In this document: positions 1-9,416 of the stretch, piece by piece
How the letters are laid out: each line of letters starts with the position of its first letter
Numbering within the stretch: the stretch's first letter is position 1
Assembly: GCA_022823145.1 (NCBI GenBank)
Contig: JAJDXS010000024.1
Span: forward strand, 30,319-94,318
From: Gemmatimonadota bacterium
GTDB lineage: Bacteria > Gemmatimonadota > Gemmatimonadetes > Longimicrobiales > Gaopeijiaceae
Reading direction: 5' to 3'
DNA: 64,000 bases
Program-made: the position numbers and the translations under genes
The notes under the pieces: generated by a model
The model's database searches: none
What the model was told of the DNA's origin: nothing
Seen by the model: the letters and a program-made list of their open reading frames with translations, nothing else

Positions 1-54
1 GTCGGGGAGGTAGCGGTCCAGGCCGCGGTAGTCGGTGCGGGGATAGATGTCCAT
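1..54 (-). CDS. 5' end of an unidentified gene running off the left edge
   Basis: Reverse complement of 1..54 reads ATG GAC ATC TAT... = MDIYPRTDYRGLDRYLPD with no stop before the edge. GGAAG lies about 8 nt upstream. Divergent from uvrA. Only 18 codons are visible, so the product is not assignable. Confidence 0.25.
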   Translation of the reverse strand, partial: MDIYPRTDYRGLDRYLPD

Positions 55-192
55 GACGACGTCTTCCGTGCTGGTAGATTGTGGGCACGGCGGCCGTATT
101 TGCGGCGCGCCAGCCGTTCCACGGTCGGGGAAACCGCGCGTTATGGCAACGGTGCGGTCCCCGGACAGGATCGACGAGGTACTCGGAGGTTC

Positions 193-3066
193 ATGCAAGA
201 GCCGATTCGCATCAGGGGCGCGCGCCAGCACAACCTGAAGGGGATCGACCTGGATCTCCCCCGCAACGCGCTCACCGTGGTCACCGGGCCCTCCGGTTCG
301 GGCAAGTCGTCGCTCGCGCTGGACACCCTCTTCGCGGCGGGTCAGCGGCGCTACGTGGAAGCCCTTTCCACCTACGCCAAGCAGTTCCTCGACCGCCTCG
401 AGAAGCCCGATGTCGACCGGATCGAAGGCCTCTGCCCGGCGGTGGCCATCGAACAGCGCAACCCCACCACCTCGAGCCGCTCCACCGTGGGCACCGCGAC
501 CGAGGTCCACGACTTCCTTCGCCTCCTCTACGCCCGCGTCGGGCGCACGCACTGCCCCGATTGCGGCGACGAGGTCCGACCCGACTCGGTGGGCAGCGCC
601 GCCGACGCCGTGTCCGGCCTGCCTCCGGGAACGCGGATCATGATCGGCTTCCCGCTGACCCGCAGCGACCGCGTCTCCCACCGGCTGGTCGCCGAAAACC
701 TGCGCGCGCTGGGGTTCGTGCGCGTGATCGCGGACGGCGTGCCCGCGGAGCTGTCCGAGCTTCTCGCGCCGGGTGCCGAGCCGGGGGTCACGGTGCCGGA
801 TCTGGGCCAGGCCCGCGACGTGACGGTTGTAGTGGACCGCATGAAGGTGGTGAAGGAGCCCGACCAGGGCTGGCACGACCGCGTGGCCGACTCCCTTACC
901 ACCTGTTTCCGCGAGGGAGAAGGGGAGGCTGTGGTGATCCCCGCCGGGGCGGATGCCGAGCCTGGCACCCGGTTCTCCGAGGCGTTCCGGTGCCCGCGCC
1001 ACCCGGAAACCGCTTTCCTCGAGCCGGAGCCCAAGCTCTTCTCATTCAACAATCCCTACGGCAGCTGTCCCGTCTGCACCGGATTCGGCGCCACGCTCGA
1101 GTACGATCCCGCGCTGATCGTGCCCAACCCGGAACTGTCTCTGGAACAGGGCGCGGTCGACCCCTGGGCAAAGCCTCGCTACACACGGGAACGCACAGCG
1201 TTGCGGAGGTTCGCCACCCGCGAGGGCGTATCGAACTACACGCCGTGGGGGGAGCTGCCCTCTGTCTTCCGCGACAGCGTCCTCTACGGGAAGGGTTCCT
1301 TCCGGGGCGTCATGGGATTCCTGGCGTCGAAGGAGCCCAAGAGGTACAAGCAGTACATAAGGATCTTCCTGCGGCAGTACCAGCGTCCTCTGCCGTGCAG
1401 GGCCTGCGGCGGATCCCGGCTGCGCCCCGAGGCGGGCCATGTCACGGTCGGTGGGCTGGACATCGGTGGCGCGAGCGAACTTCCGATCGGAGAGCTGCCC
1501 GACTGGCTGGCGAGTCTCGACCTGCGCCCCATGGAAGCGCGGATCGGCGCCACGATTCTGAGGGAACTGCGTGCCAGGACGCGGTTTCTGGTGGACGTGG
1601 GACTCGGCTACATGACCCTGAGCCGCCAGATGCGCACGCTTTCCGGCGGCGAGGCCCAGCGCATTTCGCTGGCGAACTCGCTGGGTTCACGTCTCGTGGA
1701 CACGCTGTACGTGCTCGACGAGCCCTCGATCGGTCTCCACCCACAGGACATCGACGCCCTTCTGAGGCTCCTCGACCGCCTGCGCGACGGCGGCAACACC
1801 GTCGTGGTGGTCGAACACAACGCCACCGCGATCCAGGCGGCCGACCACGTGGTGGAGCTGGGACCGGGGTCGGGTGATCTGGGCGGCGAGGTCGTCTTCG
1901 AGGGCTCGCCCGGGGAGCTGGCCGATTCCGAAACGAACACGGGGCGCTACGTGTCACGCCTGGTGTCCGGCGAAGCGATGGAATCGTGGCCGCCGAGGTC
2001 GCGGCGTCCGGTCGACGGCGCGCGCATCCGCGTGACGGGTGCGACGCTGCACAACCTCCGCGGCGTCGAGGCCGAGTTCCCGGTGGGCGCGATGACCGCG
2101 GTCACCGGCGTGTCGGGGTCGGGGAAGTCCACGCTGGTGCACGACATTCTCTACCGCGCTCTCGAACGCGAGCTGCGAGAGGGCCGCACCTCCGCCAGGA
2201 AGCATCTGGGCGAGGTGGTCGGCTCCTGGCGCGCGCTCAGCGGGCTCGGGCATGTCGACGACGTCGTGCTCATCGACCAGAGTCCGATCGGCCGCACTCC
2301 CCGCTCCAACCCGATCACCTATGTCAGGGCGTGGGGCGAGATCCGGCGCATCTTCGCAAGCCAGCAGTCGGCGCGAACCCGGAGGCTGGAGCCGCGCAGC
2401 TTCTCGTTCAACGTGAAGGGAGGGCGCTGCGAGGAGTGCTCCGGCGCGGGTTTCGTGCGCGTCGAGATGGTCTTCATGGCCGACCTTCACGTGCCCTGCG
2501 AGGTATGCGAGGGAAGGCGCTACCGCCCGGAAGTCCTCGAGGTCGAGGTGCGCGGCCACAACGTGAACGAAGTGCTCGACTTCACCGTCGATCGCGCCAT
2601 ACGGTTCTTCCTGCGCGAACCGAAGCTCGGCCAGGCGCTGTGGCACCTGCAGCAGGTGGGGCTCGGCTACCTCCGTCTGGGTCAGCCTGCCACGCACCTT
2701 TCGGGCGGCGAGGCGCAGCGCCTCAAGATCGCGCGCGAGCTGATCGGCGCCGCATCGCGCAAGGGGGCGCGCAAGGTCTACATCCTGGACGAGCCGACCA
2801 CCGGCCTCTCGGGCGAGGATGTCGCACAGCTCAACACGGTGCTCCGCAAGCTGGTGGCCGCCGGCAACACGCTGATCGTGGTGGAGCACGACCTCGATGT
2901 GATCAGGGAAGCGGACTGGGTCGTCGATCTGGGCCCGGGAGCGGGGGAGCGCGGGGGCCGGGTCGTCGCCATGGGGAGGCCCGAAGACGTGGCCACGGTG
3001 CCCGAGAGCGTGACGGGGCGGTTCCTGGGCGATCTTGTCGGCGCGGTGGCGCGGAGCGGCGCGTGA
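193..3066 (+). CDS. uvrA: Excinuclease ABC subunit A (UvrA family, two ABC ATPase modules)
   Basis: In the frame of track ORF 79..3066, ATG 193 gives MQEPIRIRGARQHNLKGIDLDLPRNALTVVTGPSGSGKSSLALDTLFAAGQRRYVE. A second Walker A (GVSGSGKSTL), two LSGGEAQR signatures and Cys-rich zinc modules (CPVC, CRAC, CEEC..CEVC) are present. About 957 aa. The first 38 codons of the track ORF look like a non-coding extension. Confidence 0.88.
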   Translation: MQEPIRIRGARQHNLKGIDLDLPRNALTVVTGPSGSGKSSLALDTLFAAGQRRYVEALSTYAKQFLDRLEKPDVDRIEGLCPAVAIEQRNPTTSSRSTVGTATEVHDFLRLLYARVGRTHCPDCGDEVRPDSVGSAADAVSGLPPGTRIMIGFPLTRSDRVSHRLVAENLRALGFVRVIADGVPAELSELLAPGAEPGVTVPDLGQARDVTVVVDRMKVVKEPDQGWHDRVADSLTTCFREGEGEAVVIPAGADAEPGTRFSEAFRCPRHPETAFLEPEPKLFSFNNPYGSCPVCTGFGATLEYDPALIVPNPELSLEQGAVDPWAKPRYTRERTALRRFATREGVSNYTPWGELPSVFRDSVLYGKGSFRGVMGFLASKEPKRYKQYIRIFLRQYQRPLPCRACGGSRLRPEAGHVTVGGLDIGGASELPIGELPDWLASLDLRPMEARIGATILRELRARTRFLVDVGLGYMTLSRQMRTLSGGEAQRISLANSLGSRLVDTLYVLDEPSIGLHPQDIDALLRLLDRLRDGGNTVVVVEHNATAIQAADHVVELGPGSGDLGGEVVFEGSPGELADSETNTGRYVSRLVSGEAMESWPPRSRRPVDGARIRVTGATLHNLRGVEAEFPVGAMTAVTGVSGSGKSTLVHDILYRALERELREGRTSARKHLGEVVGSWRALSGLGHVDDVVLIDQSPIGRTPRSNPITYVRAWGEIRRIFASQQSARTRRLEPRSFSFNVKGGRCEECSGAGFVRVEMVFMADLHVPCEVCEGRRYRPEVLEVEVRGHNVNEVLDFTVDRAIRFFLREPKLGQALWHLQQVGLGYLRLGQPATHLSGGEAQRLKIARELIGAASRKGARKVYILDEPTTGLSGEDVAQLNTVLRKLVAAGNTLIVVEHDLDVIREADWVVDLGPGAGERGGRVVAMGRPEDVATVPESVTGRFLGDLVGAVARSGA

Positions 3067-4097
3067 GGGGGTCCACAGATGAGGGGCCTCGCGTGCCTCT
3101 TGTCTCCGTCGTGCTGCCGGTGCGCGACGGTGCCGTGACGTTGGAGGCCGCGTTGCGGTCCCTGGCCATACAGACCCTGGCGCGCTTCGAGGTCGTGGTC
3201 GTGGATGACGGTTCCCGCGACGATACGCAGCTGGTCGCGCGGGCGTGGGAACAGCGCGATGGGCGCTTCCGCGTGTTGCGCACCGAACCCCGGGGCATCG
3301 TGGCGGCGTTGCAGTGCGGCCTCGCCGCAGCGCGGGGCCGCTACGTCGCGCGCATGGACGCGGACGATGTCTCCCACCCCGCACGGCTGGCTGCCCAGTT
3401 CGATCTTCTCGAACGCGCTCCCGGCCTCGCCGGATGTGGCACCGGCGTGCGCTACGTCCCGGCATCCGGCGTTACCCCGCGGGCCGCCGAGTACGCGGCA
3501 TGGCTCAATGCGATGACCGACTGGGAAGCCGTCGCGTCCAACATCTTCGTGGAGTGCCCCCTGGCCCACCCGACGTTCATGTTCCGGCGCGTGGCGCTTG
3601 CCGCCGTCGGCGGCTACCGCGACCGCGGCTGGCCCGAGGACTACGACCTGCTGCTGCGGCTGTGGCGCCGCGGAGAGCGATTCGTGGCCGTTCCGCGCGT
3701 GCTCCTCGACTGGGGGAACGGCGACGGGCGCCTGAGCCGCACCCACCCCGCGTATTCGCTGGACGCGTTCCGGGCCTGTCGGGTGCACCACCTGCGCCGC
3801 AGCCTGCTGATCGGGCGCGAAGGCGTGGTGATCTGGGGCGCGGGCCCAACCGGCAAGGCTCTGGCGCTCGAATTCCTGCGGCAAGGGGTACCCGTGCTGG
3901 CCTTCATCGAAGTCGACCCACGCAAGCTGGGACAGGCAATCCACGGCGCGCCGGTGCGGTCGATGCGCGCGGCCGGGGAGTTTCCGCGAGCGCTCCATGT
4001 GGGCGCAGTGGCCCGGATGACAGGACGGGAAGCGGTGCGTGTGGCGGCGCGAGGGGCTGGCTTGAGCGATGGCGAGGACTTCATTTCGATGGCATGA
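3063..4097 (+). CDS. Family 2 glycosyltransferase (GT-A fold) with C-terminal extension
   Basis: This is the C-terminal part of track ORF 1986..4097. PLVSVVLPVRDGAVTLEAALRSL..FEVVVVDDGSRDDT..ARMDADD is a typical GT2 signature. GTG 3063 overlaps the uvrA stop (GTGA). GTG 3093 is an alternative start. Confidence 0.75.
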   Translation: MRGSTDEGPRVPLVSVVLPVRDGAVTLEAALRSLAIQTLARFEVVVVDDGSRDDTQLVARAWEQRDGRFRVLRTEPRGIVAALQCGLAAARGRYVARMDADDVSHPARLAAQFDLLERAPGLAGCGTGVRYVPASGVTPRAAEYAAWLNAMTDWEAVASNIFVECPLAHPTFMFRRVALAAVGGYRDRGWPEDYDLLLRLWRRGERFVAVPRVLLDWGNGDGRLSRTHPAYSLDAFRACRVHHLRRSLLIGREGVVIWGAGPTGKALALEFLRQGVPVLAFIEVDPRKLGQAIHGAPVRSMRAAGEFPRALHVGAVARMTGREAVRVAARGAGLSDGEDFISMA

Positions 4098-4139
4098 GCC
4101 GGCTGTCGCCGCTCAGTGAATCGAAAAGGAGGGACACCC

Positions 4140-5114
4140 GTGCGAAGATTGACATGCAGCTGCCTTGTGGCCCCCTTCCTTTTGGTGGGCGTGACCGAAA
4201 CCGCCATGAGCCAGCAAAGGCGTCCGCGTACCGAAGCAGAGGCGCGTGCGGCGGCCGAGCGCAACCGGGCGGAACGTGCCCGGGAGGAGTCGGAAACCGG
4301 CCAGCCAGTCGCACTCATCCACGACTACATCGCGGCCACGGTCGGCCCAGTGCCGGAATCGCTCGGTGTCGATCCGTTCTACCAGAAGTACGTGGACGCC
4401 GCTGGGATTCCGGTGCTTGCGTCTACCAAGGTCCCCGACATCGCCCTGCTGGTCGTCCGCGACATCATCAACACGATGTTGTCGACCCGGTCGGATCTGC
4501 GCGCCTCGATGGTCGCTCGGAACTGGCGCACGGGCGTCATCGCCGAAGTGGAAATGACCATGGACATCCCGGAATACGCGTCGATGAAGCGCCCCGGTGC
4601 GCCGCGGGATGAACCGGTCATGCAGGCGGACCGCGACTATCACGCCAACCGCTCCCGGGGGCTCGGAGGGAACCCGACGACCGGGGCGGAGGAGAACATC
4701 CTCGGGTATCCCGACACCCGCTACTTCGGAGAGCACATCTTCGTCCACGAGTTCGCCCACGCGATCCACCGCGCGATCCGGGACGTGGACCCCGATATGG
4801 CCCAGGAGATCCGGGATGCCTACGAGGCCGCGATGTCCGCAAACAAGTATCAGCACGACGATGGACGCAGGCACTACGCGACGACGAATGCCAACGAATA
4901 CTGGGCGGAGGGTGTGCAGTGGTGGTTCTTCTCGAACTACGGCGAGTGTTTTGCCGGGAACGTCAAGGTAGAGTCACCAGAAGAGTTCGAAGCCTACGAT
5001 CCCGTATTGAGCGAACTTATCGGCAGGGTCTTCGACACGCATCACATTCCCATGGACATCTTCCACGGAAAGCGGATCCGGCCGGTGACGTGTTCGGCAC
5101 AACCGAGTGGATGA
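4140..5114 (+). CDS. Secreted HExxH zinc-metallopeptidase-like protein
   Basis: GTG 4140 lies 7 nt after AAGGAGG (4126..4132). The N-terminus is hydrophobic (RRLTCSCLVAPFLLVGV). Motifs VHEFAHAIH and downstream NANEYWAEG are present. The track ORF starts at GTG 4116. Confidence 0.6.
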   Translation: MRRLTCSCLVAPFLLVGVTETAMSQQRRPRTEAEARAAAERNRAERAREESETGQPVALIHDYIAATVGPVPESLGVDPFYQKYVDAAGIPVLASTKVPDIALLVVRDIINTMLSTRSDLRASMVARNWRTGVIAEVEMTMDIPEYASMKRPGAPRDEPVMQADRDYHANRSRGLGGNPTTGAEENILGYPDTRYFGEHIFVHEFAHAIHRAIRDVDPDMAQEIRDAYEAAMSANKYQHDDGRRHYATTNANEYWAEGVQWWFFSNYGECFAGNVKVESPEEFEAYDPVLSELIGRVFDTHHIPMDIFHGKRIRPVTCSAQPSG

Positions 5115-5127
5115 AAGGAGCACGGCA

Positions 5128-5334
5128 GTGCGTCGCTTTCTCTTTCCAGCCGCTCTGGCCGTGCTCGCCTGTGGCGAGGAAGTCGCGGTGGAACCAAAGC
5201 CGGAGGCCCTGGGAGGCATCCACAACCACGTGGACACCCGGGGCGAGTTGCGGGACTACGACGCGGCGCTCTCCGCGCCCATCGAGAGGTTCATGGGAGA
5301 CAGAAGCTGGAGGCCGGGGCGCCCCGCCGGGTAA
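5128..5334 (+). CDS. Small putative lipoprotein (68 aa)
   Basis: GTG 5128 lies 7 nt after AAAGGAG (5114..5120). VRRFLFPAALAVLAC has a lipobox-like LAC. It lies in the frame of track ORF 5107..5334. No recognisable family. Confidence 0.4.
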   Translation: MRRFLFPAALAVLACGEEVAVEPKPEALGGIHNHVDTRGELRDYDAALSAPIERFMGDRSWRPGRPAG

Positions 5335-5359
5335 GACCGACCGCTGTCGTTTCCAACGC

Positions 5360-6433
5360 TCACGAGAAAGCTCCGCCGGCGCCCCAGATGTCGCCGACTG
5401 TGTAGCCCTCGGGAAACGGGTCGTCGGGATCGACCACGTACTGCCCAAAGCCGGTAATCCACGCGTGGCCGCCGAGTGTCGGAACGACGGCGGGGTAGGG
5501 GCCCACCCGTGCTTCCCTCACCAGGCGGCCGGTGAAGACGGTGCCCAGAATGCCCTCGTGGTGAAAGTCCTCATTCAGCGCGAGGCGGCCCTTCGCATGG
5601 AGCGCGGCCATCTTCGCGCACGTGCCGGTTCCGCACGGCGAGCGGTCCAGCGCACCCGTCCAGGACTCGGGCCGGTCCCAATCCAGCGTGCCCGTGGAGA
5701 CGACCGCCGCATTCTTCAGCGTCGCGTCCGGCCGACTCGGCGGCCCTGAAATCACGCCGATCGTGATCCCGGCGATCTCCGGGTTCTCCGGGTGCGCAAC
5801 GGGCAGTTGTTCGCGCGCGGCGGCCTTGATCATCTCCCCGACTCGGGTGATCTCGCCTGCACGCTCGGGCACGAGTTCCAGTCCCAACGGCTCCGCGTCC
5901 GCGATGACGTAGAACATGCCTCCCCACGCGACATCGACGGACACCCGGCCCAGATTCGGGACCTCGATCACGGCGTCGGTGTGGACCGCGAAAGCGGGCA
6001 CGTTCTCGAAGGTGACACGCTCGACCTTGCCCGCGGCCACGTCGGCCTGTACGCGGATCAGCCCGGCGGGCGACTCGAGGACAAGTGAAGTCCGAGGCTC
6101 TTCCACCTTCACCATGCCGGTCTCGATGAGAGCAGTGGCGACGCAGATGGTGTTCGTGCCGGACATGGGCGGATATTCGGTCTGCTCCATGATCACGAAG
6201 CCGGCATCCGCTTCCGGACAGGTCGGCGGCAGGATCACGTTGCAGTTTGCAGCCGGGTAACCCCGCGGCTCGCGGAGCATGCGCTTGCGAATGTGGTCCC
6301 GGTGGATCCGCAGGTACTGCATCTTCTCGAACATGCTCGTTCCCGGTACGTCGAGCACCCCACCGACGATGACCCTTCCGGGCTCTCCGTCGGCATGCAG
6401 GTTGACCGCATGGATGACCTCGGTCACACGCAT
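5360..6433 (-). CDS. Proline racemase superfamily enzyme (hydroxyproline epimerase / hydroxyproline dehydratase-like)
   Basis: 357 aa. MEQTEYPPMSGTNTICVATALIETGMV and LDRSPCGTGTCAKMAAL correspond to the two catalytic-loop motifs of the family. The first catalytic position is Ser, the second Cys. Confidence 0.85.
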   Translation of the reverse strand: MRVTEVIHAVNLHADGEPGRVIVGGVLDVPGTSMFEKMQYLRIHRDHIRKRMLREPRGYPAANCNVILPPTCPEADAGFVIMEQTEYPPMSGTNTICVATALIETGMVKVEEPRTSLVLESPAGLIRVQADVAAGKVERVTFENVPAFAVHTDAVIEVPNLGRVSVDVAWGGMFYVIADAEPLGLELVPERAGEITRVGEMIKAAAREQLPVAHPENPEIAGITIGVISGPPSRPDATLKNAAVVSTGTLDWDRPESWTGALDRSPCGTGTCAKMAALHAKGRLALNEDFHHEGILGTVFTGRLVREARVGPYPAVVPTLGGHAWITGFGQYVVDPDDPFPEGYTVGDIWGAGGAFS

Positions 6434-6488
6434 GGACTACACTCGGCTCCGGTGAACTCCGCCTCCACATGCGGGCGATGCCGGGCGG

Positions 6489-9383
6489 TCACCGCTCGAC
6501 TCCCGGCAAGCCGCGGGCCTCGGTCAGGTATTGGCTCGGCGCACCGACGGTCTCCAGCTGCCGAAGGACGGCTCGCGCGTCCTCGACGCGACCGTCTCTT
6601 GCGTAGAGGCGCACCAATTCCACGCCCGACCGAAAGTTGAACCGGAAGCGGCTCAACGCGTTCTCGTGGTGTTCGCGCGCCCGGGCCAGTTCTCCGTCAT
6701 CCTCGGCGAGCACACCGGCCCGCGTAAGTACCCTCGAAGCGGTGGCCTCGTCGAAAGCGCCCCGCGAAACATGGCTTCCGTCCCGGAAGACGAAGGTGAC
6801 GGGACGTGGCTCCGTGATCTGGTTCAACGCCTGTTCGACGAGCACCCGGAGACGCCCGGTGTCCGTGTCCCCGAGCAGCTCGCTCAGCTTCACTCCCGCC
6901 CGAAGATGGAGCCCATCCTGCTCCAGAATCCGCTCGAGAAGCAGCCGTGCCGCCGCGGTATCCCCGTCGTGGACCGCGAAGTCCGATTCGACCTCCAGGA
7001 CTCGCGCGGCATCCGGGTCCAGCAGTCTGGCCGTTGCGAGGTCGTCGCGTGCCGTTCCGGCTCGTCCAGTCCGCAGCTGGGCCAGCGCAACATCCGCCCA
7101 GGCGGCAGGGTTCCGACGGTTGATGTACTCGAGACTGTGGCGCAAGGCTTCCTCCGCCCCCGTCCAATCCTCCCGCAGCATTTTGCTGCGCGCTCTCAGG
7201 ATCCAGGGATCGGCGGTTGCACCGTACGGGTTGGGGGAACCCTCGATCCGCAGCGCCGCGTCCAGCTCCAGCTCCAGGCTGTCGAGTTCACCGGCCTGGT
7301 GGTAGACGCCGGCGAGTCTGAGCCTCGGCTCCGCCGATTCGGGGTACCGCCGGGCCAGGGTGCGTAGAAGCCCTATGGCGCGCCGATGGTCCCGCCGTTC
7401 GAGAACCACGTCCTCCGCGAGCCCCGTGTAGCCGGCGGCCGCCTCCGGGAATGCGTCGATTACCAGGCGGTGCAGACTCCTCGCTTCGGCGTAGTTGCCC
7501 TGGAGCCGGTGCGTGCGTGCGAGCAGTGCGAGCAGATCGGGGTGGTCACCGTACCGTCCGAGAGCTTCCCTCGCCGCGGCCGCTGCCGAGGTCAAATCGG
7601 CGTCCCGGATCAGCGTGTTTCCTTTCTGGCGGTACGCCCGAATCTCCACGTCCCGGTAGCTGTCGCGATCGTTCACCCGGCTGAGGAACTCGAACAGCGC
7701 GGGGTCCCTGGCGGCCAATTGGTCCCGGGTGTGTTTCGACGTGCCTCGCTGGTCGGTGAACTTGATCTCCGAGATGAATGCCTCGGCGGCCTGGGCCAGG
7801 TACTCCATCTCGTTGAAGTCGGCGTAGTAGTCCAGGGTGCGCCGTTCGACCTTGGCCGTCTGGAAAAGACCGGCGACCTCCGCTCGCAGACTCTCCGGGA
7901 ACATGCCGTGCACCTGATGCGTGAATTCGTGCGTCACGACGTTCCAGCGCTGGTAGCGCACGTCGCGCACCCATTCCTCCCCTCCGACGGCGTGAAAGCC
8001 ACCCTGCCCCTTGACGTCGTCCCAAAGGCGCAGGTCGAAGGTGCGCTTTCCCTTTGTGCCTTCCTTGTGGGGAGACTGCCAGAGCAGTTTGTGAAACGGG
8101 AGCAGATGGAAGGTCGCGCCGGCCACGGCCAGGGCGGGCAGGTAGTTGCTGAAGGGTTCGACGGAAAGGCGAACGATCTTCTGCAGTTCCTCGTCGAGCC
8201 GCTCGTAGTCCGGGAACACTTCCCGCAGACCTGGGGGCTCGGGCGCGTCCCGCTGCTCGAACAGCACGCGCATCTCGTCCAGACCCGCGACTACGCGGTC
8301 CCGCATTCGTCGCAGCGCATAGCTGACGCCGTAGTGCGCAAGCCCGTAGCCGGGGTGCTCAGCCAGGATCCGCTCGAACCAGCCCAGCGCGGTTTCGAAA
8401 TCTCCCAGGTAGTAGTGCGCCGTACCGATTCCCATGAGGGCCACGGCGTTGCCGGAATCGAGGGTCAGAGCCTCGTGAAACGGCCCCGTTGCCTCCCGAT
8501 AGCGGCGGGCGAGCAGGTGTTCGTCTCCGAGCGCCAACAACTCGCCCAACCGACCGTCGAACTCTCCCGGATCCGCTGAGGCCGAGTCGTAGCCGGACAG
8601 CGATCCTCCGTTGCCCAGATAGGAGTGCGCGCCCAGAGAGAACGGATCGAGGTCGATGGCGCGCCGGGCGTGCCGGTAGGCATCGTCGAGTGCGCCGTCG
8701 CTTCTGAGAACGGAGGCCAGGGCCGCGTGCGCATCTGCGGAAAGCGAATCGACTTCGACTGCCCGATGCACGGACGCCCTCCACTCGGCGCTGGCCTGTG
8801 CCTCACGGTGGATGCGGGCAGCCAGCAGGTGGGCGGGGGCCAGTGACGGATCGAACTCCAGCGCTTGCTGCAGGAGTCCCAGGGCGTCCTGATGCCGGTC
8901 GGTCCAGAACGCGTACTCGCCCAGCCCCAACCTTGCCCGTGCCGAATTGGGGTCGCGCCGAAGGAGTTCCCGGTAGTTCGCGTCGGCACTGGGCAGATCC
9001 ATCCTGTCGAGGGCCAACCTGCCTTGGAGCCGGCCGACCTCGGAGCTCTCCGGCGACAGCTCGGCGGCCCGTGCGAGAGTCCGGGCGGCATCCTCAAAGC
9101 GGTACTGGCGCCGCCGGAGTTGAACCCGGGTCAGCAGGGCTTCCAGGTCGCGCGGATCGTCGCGGAGCAGCCGGACCAGGATGGAATCGGCCTGCTGGTA
9201 ATCACCGGCTTGCATCTGCAGCGCCGCCAGGCGGCAGCGAAGATCCCGGGAAGCTGGGGAAATCTCGAGGTCACGCCGTGTCGCTACGAATGCGGAGTCC
9301 AGCCCGCCCGCCGTCCTGACGGGCTGAACGCACCCGACATCCTGCGCCGCAAGCGCGAGTGAAATGGCCGCGACGAGGTTCAT
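6489..9383 (-). CDS. Large secreted TPR-repeat protein with an embedded HExxH metallopeptidase-like module
   Basis: 964 aa with an N-terminal signal-like MNLVAAISLALAAQ. TPR-like helical repeats flank both sides of a central region carrying VTHEFTHQVH and FNEMEYLAQAAEAF. Confidence 0.75.
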   Translation of the reverse strand: MNLVAAISLALAAQDVGCVQPVRTAGGLDSAFVATRRDLEISPASRDLRCRLAALQMQAGDYQQADSILVRLLRDDPRDLEALLTRVQLRRRQYRFEDAARTLARAAELSPESSEVGRLQGRLALDRMDLPSADANYRELLRRDPNSARARLGLGEYAFWTDRHQDALGLLQQALEFDPSLAPAHLLAARIHREAQASAEWRASVHRAVEVDSLSADAHAALASVLRSDGALDDAYRHARRAIDLDPFSLGAHSYLGNGGSLSGYDSASADPGEFDGRLGELLALGDEHLLARRYREATGPFHEALTLDSGNAVALMGIGTAHYYLGDFETALGWFERILAEHPGYGLAHYGVSYALRRMRDRVVAGLDEMRVLFEQRDAPEPPGLREVFPDYERLDEELQKIVRLSVEPFSNYLPALAVAGATFHLLPFHKLLWQSPHKEGTKGKRTFDLRLWDDVKGQGGFHAVGGEEWVRDVRYQRWNVVTHEFTHQVHGMFPESLRAEVAGLFQTAKVERRTLDYYADFNEMEYLAQAAEAFISEIKFTDQRGTSKHTRDQLAARDPALFEFLSRVNDRDSYRDVEIRAYRQKGNTLIRDADLTSAAAAAREALGRYGDHPDLLALLARTHRLQGNYAEARSLHRLVIDAFPEAAAGYTGLAEDVVLERRDHRRAIGLLRTLARRYPESAEPRLRLAGVYHQAGELDSLELELDAALRIEGSPNPYGATADPWILRARSKMLREDWTGAEEALRHSLEYINRRNPAAWADVALAQLRTGRAGTARDDLATARLLDPDAARVLEVESDFAVHDGDTAAARLLLERILEQDGLHLRAGVKLSELLGDTDTGRLRVLVEQALNQITEPRPVTFVFRDGSHVSRGAFDEATASRVLTRAGVLAEDDGELARAREHHENALSRFRFNFRSGVELVRLYARDGRVEDARAVLRQLETVGAPSQYLTEARGLPGVER

Positions 9384-9416
9384 TTGTCGCCTCGTGCGGT
9401 GATCTTCCGACTCGGC

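Noticed and set aside
79-192. N-terminal extensions in the ORF track, for example 79..192 for uvrA, 37671..37820 for the creatininase-family gene, 41421..41822 for the monooxygenase fusion and 46209..47981 for the aminopeptidase.
   Set aside because: The extensions overlap upstream genes or intergenic DNA and encode Arg/Pro-rich non-protein-like sequence. Conserved family N-termini or signal peptides begin at internal starts that also have RBS or stop-start coupling.
193-3066. Whether this UvrA is a non-canonical paralogue (class II/UvrA2-type, as in drug-resistance loci).
   Set aside because: The length (~957 aa) and the presence of sequence in the region where the UvrB-binding and insertion domains lie argue for a full-length UvrA. 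The divergence I see by eye is not enough to call a paralogue without an alignment.
81-3465. Long overlapping ORFs on other frames or strands of uvrA (81..1877 +, 1954..3465 -, 1442..1957 -).
   Set aside because: Their translations are dominated by Arg/Pro/Gly/Ala runs typical of out-of-frame reading of high-GC coding DNA. The uvrA frame carries unmistakable ABC-ATPase motifs. No start-site signals were seen.
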